Made by a program: the position numbers and the translations under genes. A stretch of DNA of 64,000 bases, taken from an archaeon. Its GTDB lineage: Archaea > SpSt-1190 > DYHY01. The notes under the pieces were generated by a model. It made no database searches, had not been told where the DNA came from, and saw only the letters and a program-made list of their open reading frames with translations. The stretch lies in NCBI GenBank assembly GCA_037442745.1, contig JBBIPP010000002.1, forward strand, positions 32,001 through 96,000, read 5' to 3'. Positions 38,517-46,794 of this stretch are shown piece by piece (position 1 is the stretch's first letter; every line of letters starts with the position of its first letter).

Positions 38517-40316
38517 ATGGCAAAGAGAATAGCAATTGTCCGCCTTGAGAAATGCAAGGCGCCAAAGGACTGCCAGCATCTCTGCATACGGGTCTGCCCT
38601 CCTGTCCGCGCAGGGAAGAGCACAATTGTTGAGAACAATGAGACTGGCAAAATAATAATTGAGGAGGATACCTGCATTGGATGCGGGCTCTGCGTCAAAA
38701 AGTGCCCGTTTGACGCAATAACAATAATCAACCTTCCCGAAGCGCTTTCTGAACCCCTCCACCGGTTCGGGAGAAACAGCTTTGCCCTCTACGGGAAAAC
38801 CCTGCCCTATCCGGAAAAAGGCAAGGTTACCGGGTTCCTAGGACCCAACGGATGCGGGAAGACAACAGTTGTCTCAATACTTGCAGGGTGGCTTGTCCCA
38901 AACTTTGGGGAAGAGGGCGGCCTTGGGGAACTGGACCGCGCAATAAAGAAATTCTCCGGGCAGGAGATACAAAAGCACTTCAAGTCCCTAAAGGACGGGG
39001 GCGCGAAAATATCTGTCAAGCCCCAACAAATAGCAGTCCCCTCAGGGGCGAGGGAAATGACTGTCATGGAGGCGACCTCTAAAATCGACAGGACTGTTTT
39101 CAACGAGTTCAACCTCGCGCCAATTTCAGGACGGAAGCTCTCAGAACTTTCGGGAGGGGAAATCCAGAGAATTGCAATTGCGCTTGCATATTCCAAAATA
39201 GATGCCGAGATTTATTTTTTCGACGAGCCCTCCTCCTTCCTTGACATAAAAGAGAGGATACGTTCAGCCAAAAGGCTGCGGGCTCTTGCTGAATCGGGAG
39301 AAGGGAAAAAATCTGTCTTCCTAGTGGAACACGATCTGACCTTCCTTGACAGCGCCTCTGATAACGTCATATTGTTCTACGGAGAGCCTTCAATATATGG
39401 CGTAGTCTCAATCCCGAAAACCCAAAGGGTCGGGATAAACACATATCTCTCCGGATTCTCAAGGGACGAGAACATACGCTTCCGGGCGGGGGAAATAAAG
39501 TTCTCAGAGAGGGCGCCAATAGAGGGGCTGTCGAGCAAAAAGGGAATTGTCCAAGAGTTCTCGAAAATAGAGAAGAGGATGGCCGGCTTTTCCCTCTCAG
39601 TTGAAGGGGGGAAAATACGCAAGGGAGAGGTTGTTGGCGTTGTCGGGGAGAACGGGACAGGGAAGACAACATTTGTCCGGATTCTTGCCGGGGAACTTGC
39701 CCCCGACTCTGGGGAGCTAATGAAAAAGTCCGCAAAGCTCTCCTACAAACCCCAGCAGATAACTGTACGGGGGATTTCCGAAGAAACTGTCCACGGATAC
39801 CTGCTTCCTTCAATTTCAGAGGCTGATGATCTCAATTTCGAAAGCGAGGTCGCAGAGCCTCTGAACCTGAGAATACTCCTCCAGAAGAAAATGGGCGAGC
39901 TTTCGGGAGGAGAGCTCCAGAGAGTGTTTGTTGCCGGAGCAATGATGAAGAAAGCGGAAATATATCTCCTGGACGAGCCTTCAGCATTCCTCGACGTTGA
40001 GCAGAGATTAGAGATTGCGAAATTCATAAAGAGGATAAACGAAAAGAGAGGGGCCGGCGTCCTTGTTGTTGACCACGACATACTCTTCATTGACTATCTC
40101 TCTGACAGCCTGGTTGTTTTCAAGGGCGAGCCGGCAGTCTCGACAACCGCAGTCGGCCCCCTTCCAATGAGGGAAGGGATGAACCTGTTCCTCTCTGACC
40201 TCTCAGTCACTTTCAGGAGGGACCCAGACTCGAAGAGACCTAGGGCGAACAAGCCAGAGAGCAGGCTTGACCGGGAGCAAAAGGGGGCCGGGGAGTATTA
40301 CTACTCGCCAATATAG
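38517..40316 (+). CDS. Ribosome recycling ATPase ABCE1/RLI
   Basis: N-terminal 2x[4Fe-4S] (C.RVCP, CIGCGLCVKKCPFDAI), two NBDs with LSGGE, and C-terminal RPRANK..SRLDREQK..GEYYY. Confidence 0.96.
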   Translation: MAKRIAIVRLEKCKAPKDCQHLCIRVCPPVRAGKSTIVENNETGKIIIEEDTCIGCGLCVKKCPFDAITIINLPEALSEPLHRFGRNSFALYGKTLPYPEKGKVTGFLGPNGCGKTTVVSILAGWLVPNFGEEGGLGELDRAIKKFSGQEIQKHFKSLKDGGAKISVKPQQIAVPSGAREMTVMEATSKIDRTVFNEFNLAPISGRKLSELSGGEIQRIAIALAYSKIDAEIYFFDEPSSFLDIKERIRSAKRLRALAESGEGKKSVFLVEHDLTFLDSASDNVILFYGEPSIYGVVSIPKTQRVGINTYLSGFSRDENIRFRAGEIKFSERAPIEGLSSKKGIVQEFSKIEKRMAGFSLSVEGGKIRKGEVVGVVGENGTGKTTFVRILAGELAPDSGELMKKSAKLSYKPQQITVRGISEETVHGYLLPSISEADDLNFESEVAEPLNLRILLQKKMGELSGGELQRVFVAGAMMKKAEIYLLDEPSAFLDVEQRLEIAKFIKRINEKRGAGVLVVDHDILFIDYLSDSLVVFKGEPAVSTTAVGPLPMREGMNLFLSDLSVTFRRDPDSKRPRANKPESRLDREQKGAGEYYYSPI

Positions 40317-40389
40317 CCCTCACAATTCCCGGAACATCAGAGCAGTCCGAAAATAAATGTTTTAAACTTGCCAATAAACATCTCCTGAA

Positions 40390-41184
40390 ATGAGGGCTTC
40401 TGAGCTTTTTTTGCCGTTAATTGTTCTTGCATTAAGTCTTTCCGGATGCGTCGTTTCCCTTGGTGACAGAACGGGCTTTCTGGAAGCGAAGGAACGGCTT
40501 TTTTCCGGAGGAATTGGGAACATTACCGAGGCGTATGAGGAGATAATTGCAAACGCCCACATTCTTCCGAACGGGACAATGCTTTACAATCAGAAGACAT
40601 CCTCATTGACTGCCCGCACAGCAGCTTTCCACATAATCAAACTGATAGAACCCCTTTATTCCTGCGTCTGGCTTGATGAAACCGAGGAAGTGTGCCCACA
40701 TAATTTCAAGGATTTTTCCGATTTCGAGAGGAGGAAATTCGCGGTTTCCATAGTCCGCAAGCCGGAGCAGGTCGAAAACTTTGCCGGGACTCCCTTCCTT
40801 TCCGTCGGATGGAAAAGGGGGAAAATATTGGATTTCTCCTTTTCGTCCAACCCCGACAGGGAAACTCTTATGAAAATAGGGGCAAATCCGAAAAATGTAT
40901 TCAATTACAACGAGTCCCGGAAAGAAATCAATTCTTCAGTGGATTTTGGCGCAAATGAGGACGGCTTTTGCGCATATCTCGGAATAATCCCAAGAAGAAG
41001 GACCTCTTACATAATTTCTTCCGATCTCCCTCTCTCAAATTTTTCCCTCTCTAGCACAGAAGGGATCTCTGCTTTTGGGGAGGAAAAGGCTCTGCGCGTT
41101 TTATCCGATGCGGGAGACCCGGCTGGCGATCTTCAGGTTGTTGAGGCATGTTTTTCTAGGAAACCGAAAACCGAGGAGGACTGA
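40390..41184 (+). CDS. Hypothetical lipoprotein
   Basis: Signal peptide with LSGC lipobox; no recognisable domain. Confidence 0.6.
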   Translation: MRASELFLPLIVLALSLSGCVVSLGDRTGFLEAKERLFSGGIGNITEAYEEIIANAHILPNGTMLYNQKTSSLTARTAAFHIIKLIEPLYSCVWLDETEEVCPHNFKDFSDFERRKFAVSIVRKPEQVENFAGTPFLSVGWKRGKILDFSFSSNPDRETLMKIGANPKNVFNYNESRKEINSSVDFGANEDGFCAYLGIIPRRRTSYIISSDLPLSNFSLSSTEGISAFGEEKALRVLSDAGDPAGDLQVVEACFSRKPKTEED

Positions 41185-41190
41185 AATTCC

Positions 41191-42630
41191 CTGGGGCGAA
41201 ACTCCTCTGCAAAAGGGAAGAGAATCCTCCTAGTAAACCCCCCTGCCGGAAAAGTGTTCATACGGGAGGGAAGGTGCATGAACAGGCAGTCAACCTGGGA
41301 CTCTGTCTGGCCACCCCTAACACTTATGTACATTTCCGCAGCCCTCAAGGAAACAGGCTTTAGGACAATGATACTTGACGCAAACGTTCTACCGGAAGAC
41401 GAGCTTGAGAGGAGCGCGAGAGAATTTTCCCCCAATCTCTCAATTGTCAACACAGCAACCCCGACTTTCGGGGCTGATCTCGAATTCTCGGGGAAGCTGA
41501 AAAAAATGGGATCCCTAATTGCTCTTGTAGGAGTTCATCCGACAGCCCTCCACAAGGAGGTTTCAAAGGACTCGAGAGTTGACTTTATTGTCAGGGGGGA
41601 GCCGGAGGAGACTTCGCGGGAGCTCGCGCTCGCGCTCTTTTCTGGAAAGGACCTCTCAAAAGTCAGGGGGCTATCATGGAAAAGGGAATCTGGAAAGGCT
41701 GTCCATAACAAGGAGAGGCCCCTCATTAAGAATCTCGACTCCCTGCCTTGGCCGGACAGGGAAGGGGTTGACAATTCCCGCTATAAAATGCCATTTTCAG
41801 GGGAACCCTTTGCAATAATCAACCCTTCTAGGGGATGCCCATATAGCTGCACTTTCTGCACAGCCTCAATTTTCTACGGAAAGTCCTTCCGCAAGCGCTC
41901 CCCTGTCTCAGTCTGCAACGAAATATCAGAGTGTGTCTCGAAATACGGGATACGGACATTCCTTTTCTGGTCTGACGAATTCACGCTCGACAGAAAATTC
42001 GTCCTCGCCCTGTGCCGGGAAATACGGAAGAGGGCGTGGCTTGGAATAAAATGGTTCGCGAACAGCAGGATTGACACCTGCGATTCCGAGCTTTTCAGGG
42101 AAATGAGGCTGGCTGGCTGCTTCCTTGTTTCATTCGGAATAGAATCTTCCGACCAGAGAATACTCGACCTTGCCCGGAAAGGGACATCCGTTTCAATTGC
42201 CAAAAAAGCCGTTCTTGCCGCAAAAGGGGCTGGGATGGAGACAATTGGCCATTTCATTTTCGGCCTTCCCGGGGAGACTGCCGAGACTGCGAAAAACACA
42301 ATAGAGTTCTCAAAAGGGCTCGGGCTCGACTATGCCCAGTTCTACATTGCAACTCCGTATCCGGGAACCCCTTTCCACGGGCATTGCGTCAAAAACGGCC
42401 TGATAGAATCGCCCGACTATTCCAAAATGGAAATAAGCAACGCCGCAATAAGGCAAGGGAACCTCTCCGCTCAAGATCTTCTGAGAATAAGGAGGGCTGC
42501 ATACAGGGAATTCTATTCAAGACCCCTTTTCGCCCTGAAAAAAGTAATAAGTGTCCTAACGAAAGGCGGGCTCTTTGGAGCTCGCTCGGCATTCAGGTAT
42601 CTCTCCGACTGGGGCGAAATGTGGAAATGA
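41191..42630 (+). CDS. B12-binding radical SAM protein (BchE/HpnJ-like)
   Basis: RILLVNPP, REGRC, WPPLTL, RGEPE, SRGCPYSCTFC, GIES and PYPGT. The conserved N-terminus lies upstream of the track's GTG 41254; a CTG start at 41191 is proposed. Confidence 0.88.
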   Translation: MGRNSSAKGKRILLVNPPAGKVFIREGRCMNRQSTWDSVWPPLTLMYISAALKETGFRTMILDANVLPEDELERSAREFSPNLSIVNTATPTFGADLEFSGKLKKMGSLIALVGVHPTALHKEVSKDSRVDFIVRGEPEETSRELALALFSGKDLSKVRGLSWKRESGKAVHNKERPLIKNLDSLPWPDREGVDNSRYKMPFSGEPFAIINPSRGCPYSCTFCTASIFYGKSFRKRSPVSVCNEISECVSKYGIRTFLFWSDEFTLDRKFVLALCREIRKRAWLGIKWFANSRIDTCDSELFREMRLAGCFLVSFGIESSDQRILDLARKGTSVSIAKKAVLAAKGAGMETIGHFIFGLPGETAETAKNTIEFSKGLGLDYAQFYIATPYPGTPFHGHCVKNGLIESPDYSKMEISNAAIRQGNLSAQDLLRIRRAAYREFYSRPLFALKKVISVLTKGGLFGARSAFRYLSDWGEMWK

Positions 42631-43454
42631 TTTGGATAGGGCGGATTTATCGCTTCTCGGACATTCTCCCAATTCTCGCCCTCTCCCTTCTGCCATTTGC
42701 GTATTCTCCCGAAAGGGAAATCGGAACGCTCGCAATAGACATCCCGATATCTTTTTTCGCCCTATCTTTCGCATTTTCAATAAACGATTTGTTCGACAGC
42801 AGGATAACAGGGGAATCTAACAATATCGGGAGGTTTTCCGGAAAATACGGGAGACTCCCCGGAATCTCACTTTCAGCGCTTCCTGCATTCCTCTCAATAT
42901 TATTGGCAACGCTTTTCGGAATCCCCACTCCTGCAATTGGGGCTCTCCTCGCATTCCTACTAGTTTTCTTCCTGTATTCCGCCGAATTCCCGAGAGCGAG
43001 GGATTATCCGGGGCCGGATTTCGTTTTCAACATTCTCGGATATTTCCTGCTTCTTGCGAAATCCCATCTGATGCATTTCAAAGAGCTTTCGGACGGCCTG
43101 CCGGGGCTACTCGCATCTTCAGTTTTCCTAATTTCCTTTTGCGCAGTTGCCGAGGCAATCCACGAGCTCGCGCATGAGCGAGAAGACAGGGCTTCCGGAA
43201 GAAAAACCCTTTTCGCCCTCCTTGGACGTAAGGGGGCTGTTATACTCGGGATTGTTCTCGTCCCACTGCCAATCATTTTCCTCCCGGTTTACGGGTTTTG
43301 GCATACCGGGACGTGCGTTCTTTTCTCAGCGCTCCGTCTCTCAAGAGTAATTTCCTGCAAGGGTGTTGGCAGGGATTATTCCTCTCTGAGAAAACGGCTC
43401 TTTGGGCGAGAAGAACTGCTTGCCCATCTTGCCCTTTTCCTCATCGGAGGATAA
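42627..43454 (+). CDS. UbiA-family prenyltransferase-like membrane protein
   Basis: INDLFD first motif, LYS, and degenerate second motif HELAHEREDRASGRKT. ATG overlaps the upstream stop (ATGA). Confidence 0.75.
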   Translation: MIWIGRIYRFSDILPILALSLLPFAYSPEREIGTLAIDIPISFFALSFAFSINDLFDSRITGESNNIGRFSGKYGRLPGISLSALPAFLSILLATLFGIPTPAIGALLAFLLVFFLYSAEFPRARDYPGPDFVFNILGYFLLLAKSHLMHFKELSDGLPGLLASSVFLISFCAVAEAIHELAHEREDRASGRKTLFALLGRKGAVILGIVLVPLPIIFLPVYGFWHTGTCVLFSALRLSRVISCKGVGRDYSSLRKRLFGREELLAHLALFLIGG

Positions 43455-43516
43455 ATATCTCCCAGTCGGGAATAGTTATTAAACAAGGAAAGCGCCCTTC
43501 CATCGGGAAAAAGAGA

Positions 43517-44530
43517 ATGCTTGCAAAAATTTCCAGAATTGTTCTCGGGGGGGTTCGCCTCGCTCTCGGAAAAAAAGCCCCTCTGTTCGTCAGCCATTAT
43601 GTCAATTTCAGGTGCAACCTGTCGTGCAGTTACTGCGGTACTTGGAAGGAACGCCCAAAGGAGCTCTCGACCCGGCGGATAAAGGAGATTATGTCAGAAT
43701 TCTCCCGGGCCGGGACTATTTCCTGGAACATTTCCGGAGGGGAGCCCTTCCTCAGGAAAGACATTGGCGAACTGGTGTCAAATGCGAAATCAAGGGGAAT
43801 GGCTGTTTCAATAAACACGAACGGGACGCTTCTTGAAGAACGGGCGAAGGAGCTAATGGGAATTGACCTGATATCAGTCTCCCTTGACGGAGGGGAAAAA
43901 CTCCATGACGGAATACGGGGCAAGGGCGTTTTCAAAAAAGCGGTATCCGGAATAAAAAAGGCGAAATCCCTCGGGATAAAGATATCAATAATGGCTGTCC
44001 TCTCGCCAATTACTCTGGCCGACAACTGCCGGGAGGTGTCCGGGATAATTGCCCTTGCCAAATTGCTTAGAGTCCAGGTCGCTTTCCAGCCAATGCACTC
44101 TGACCGCTACAACAAAATGTCAGAGGAACTTGACTATTCGCCAATAGCATTCACCCACAAGAACTACCTGAAGGCGGTCGGGATAATAGAGCGCGAGAAG
44201 AAGAAAAATCCCTGGCTAATAAGAATGTCTCCAGACTATATAGAGAAACTGAAGAGCGCGAGGCCCCATCCCTGCTTTGCCGGAAAGAATTTCTGCATAA
44301 TAATGCCTGACGGGCGGATTGCTCCCTGCTTTGTCAAGGAGGGGGAAAGCTCGTTCCCTTCCGCTAGCGTCAGGAATTTCAAAAAGCTCCGGGAATATCC
44401 AAAATGCTTCTGCCACTTCAACTGCTATTCTGAATGGAACTTTGCTCTCTCTCTTAACCAGAAGAGCGTTCCGCACTATTTCTCAAACTACCTCTTCAGG
44501 GCCAAAGGGCGTGGAAAGCGGGGCGACTAG
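43517..44530 (+). CDS. Radical SAM protein with C-terminal twitch/SPASM-like Cys cluster
   Basis: CNLSCSYC, SGGEPFLR, NTNG, SLDG...HDGIRG and CFAG...PDG...PC...C.C..NC. Confidence 0.9.
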   Translation: MLAKISRIVLGGVRLALGKKAPLFVSHYVNFRCNLSCSYCGTWKERPKELSTRRIKEIMSEFSRAGTISWNISGGEPFLRKDIGELVSNAKSRGMAVSINTNGTLLEERAKELMGIDLISVSLDGGEKLHDGIRGKGVFKKAVSGIKKAKSLGIKISIMAVLSPITLADNCREVSGIIALAKLLRVQVAFQPMHSDRYNKMSEELDYSPIAFTHKNYLKAVGIIEREKKKNPWLIRMSPDYIEKLKSARPHPCFAGKNFCIIMPDGRIAPCFVKEGESSFPSASVRNFKKLREYPKCFCHFNCYSEWNFALSLNQKSVPHYFSNYLFRAKGRGKRGD

Positions 44531-44533
44531 GCT

Positions 44534-45859
44534 GTGGAGAAAAAATTCGGCGCCCTCTTGCTTTTCATAATTGCACTCTCAATTCTCGCGAGAATATTCT
44601 TCTTCCTCTCGCCGACATACTATGCGGAGGAGAACATCGGGATTGCGAGCTCAATTGCAATTAGGGCGGACGGTCTCCGCCCGTATGCCGATTTCATCAA
44701 TTCCCACCCCCCTTTCCACCTCTATCTCTTGTCAACATTCTCAGAAATCTCCGGGCTCAATGACCCGATATTTTCTGCGAAACTCCTCTCACTTATTCTC
44801 TCCGCCGGAATGCTTGTTCTGATATACATGGCAGGCGGCCTTGTTCCGGCCTCAATATTTTCAGCATCTCTGCCGTTTTTCCACTGGTATTCTCTCTCAA
44901 TCCCCCTTCTCCCCACTGCCTTTTTCCTTCTGGCTTTCCACGTTATCCAAAAAAGGCAGGGAACGCAGGAGCTCTCCTCCCTCAAGGCAGTTGTGGCTGT
45001 CGGGGCAATCTTCTCAGAGCTCTCCGCAATTCCGGCATTAATCCTCCTGACAATTCTCTTCGGAACTCCCGGGGCCAGGGGCAAATGGAAGCTTGCCATA
45101 AAAGCGCTTTTCGGCACAGCATTGTTGGGGTTTGCATTCTTCATTCTTGCGGGAAAGCCCTTCCTTGAAAACGTAATCCTTGGCCAGCTCGAGGGGAGGG
45201 CGCCAATAATTCTCCTTGACCTTGCGGGCTCATTTGCAAGGAATTCAGGGGAAATCCTGATTTCAATTGTTTCCGCATCGTTCCCCCTTGTTGCTCTTGC
45301 CTCAATTTCCCGCGACAGGAAAGGTCTCCTGTTTTTCGCCATTTCCCTTGCGCTCTTTGCAATATTCCTCCCGAACCTCTCAAACAACACACTCCAGTTC
45401 CTTGTCCCTTTCCTCGCGCTCTCCGCCGGAAAGGCAATTGAGGCCCGCCCCGGAGCGTTCGCAATAATTCCGGCAATTCTCGCCTTTTCCGCAATCCTAG
45501 CCATTTCCGCAGAAGGAGGGTTGATTGGCCGGACTCATGAGCTGGAAAGAATGTCTTCTTTGCTAATTAACGGGAAGCGGGGAATTTCCGACCCGACAAT
45601 ATGGGGGAGTCCTGAGGCGTCCCTCCTATCAGTCAAGACCGGAATACCAGTTGCGGAGAATTTTTTCGAATCAACCCCGACAATGCTAGGAATTCTGTCC
45701 TCCAAAAATTTCACGGATTTCCCCCGCCCGACTTTTCTTGTAGTGTCCGAATATTACGGGGCAATCGACTTTTACGGGGAAAAGCTCGAATATGAGGAAA
45801 TCAGTTCCAACAGAGAACCTGCGGTCGGAACAATAAAGGTTTATAAAAGAAAAGAATAA
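44534..45859 (+). CDS. GT-C superfamily (ArnT/PMT-like) membrane glycosyltransferase
   Basis: YAEE acidic pair after TM1, PYADFINSHPPF, and multiple TMs. Confidence 0.65.
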   Translation: MEKKFGALLLFIIALSILARIFFFLSPTYYAEENIGIASSIAIRADGLRPYADFINSHPPFHLYLLSTFSEISGLNDPIFSAKLLSLILSAGMLVLIYMAGGLVPASIFSASLPFFHWYSLSIPLLPTAFFLLAFHVIQKRQGTQELSSLKAVVAVGAIFSELSAIPALILLTILFGTPGARGKWKLAIKALFGTALLGFAFFILAGKPFLENVILGQLEGRAPIILLDLAGSFARNSGEILISIVSASFPLVALASISRDRKGLLFFAISLALFAIFLPNLSNNTLQFLVPFLALSAGKAIEARPGAFAIIPAILAFSAILAISAEGGLIGRTHELERMSSLLINGKRGISDPTIWGSPEASLLSVKTGIPVAENFFESTPTMLGILSSKNFTDFPRPTFLVVSEYYGAIDFYGEKLEYEEISSNREPAVGTIKVYKRKE

Positions 45860-45879
45860 AAAAGGCTGGACGCCTGAAA

Positions 45880-46794
45880 ATGTCAATGAAAAGGGGGCTT
45901 TTGGCTAGAGGGGGCTTTTCCCTTGTTTTCTTCTCCCTTTTCTCAGTTGTTGCGACTTCCCTCGCCCTTTTCGCAGTTCCGAACCAGAAAATACTTCTCG
46001 GAGGAGCGCTTCTTCTTTTTGCCGGGATATTGGTTGGCGCATATTACAGGGTTCCGAGGAGGAGGAGGATTAGGAGGAAACAGGTCACAAAATTCGTTTC
46101 TAAGAATGCGGACATTCTTGCAATAACCGGGGCAATGCTTGCTGTTGGGATATACTTTATTGTCTTCAAGTTCCCCTTCGCTGCCGGGACAATAAACAAC
46201 ACCCCTGCGGTAGTAGTTTCAATAGATTCCGGCGACCCCTATACTGCCTTCCAAGGAGGGCACACAATCGGGATTTCCTCTGTTCCTAACTCAAACACAG
46301 GGAACGCAATAACCTGCTATGCGGACAACGACACTTCCTGGGTCGGCGCCCAGTCCTGCACAGCTTGCGCCTCCTCCTGCACGGCAGGCCCCTATTCCTG
46401 CACCATCGGGAGCTTCACTCTTGCCGGTTGCGGGTCAACGCAGACAGTATATGTGAGGTGCTCAGATTCCCAGGCTCCGACAACATACACAACAACGCAG
46501 TCAGACACAATTGTCTGCGACAACACTGCTCCTGTTGCAGGGACAATTTCATCACCCGCAACAGGGACATATGACGCTGACGGCTCATTCAACATTGTCT
46601 GGGCGGGAGGCTCAGACGCCCAATCCGGAGTAGCGTCCAATACCCTTTACAGAAGGATCGGGACCCTTTCCAACGGAGCCTGCTTAGGCTATGGCTCATA
46701 TTCTTCTATTTCAACAACGCCCGGGACAACTGCCCAGAGCGGGCTTGGGACAGGATGCTATGAATACAAGGTGACCACTTGCAACAATGTCTGA
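45880..46794 (+). CDS. Membrane-anchored surface protein (3 N-terminal TMs) ending in an incomplete FN3/Ig repeat
   Basis: Three hydrophobic segments, Cys-containing Ig domains, and a last repeat DNTAP...CYEYKVTTCNNV* homologous to repeats of the next gene. Confidence 0.8.
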   Translation: MSMKRGLLARGGFSLVFFSLFSVVATSLALFAVPNQKILLGGALLLFAGILVGAYYRVPRRRRIRRKQVTKFVSKNADILAITGAMLAVGIYFIVFKFPFAAGTINNTPAVVVSIDSGDPYTAFQGGHTIGISSVPNSNTGNAITCYADNDTSWVGAQSCTACASSCTAGPYSCTIGSFTLAGCGSTQTVYVRCSDSQAPTTYTTTQSDTIVCDNTAPVAGTISSPATGTYDADGSFNIVWAGGSDAQSGVASNTLYRRIGTLSNGACLGYGSYSSISTTPGTTAQSGLGTGCYEYKVTTCNNV

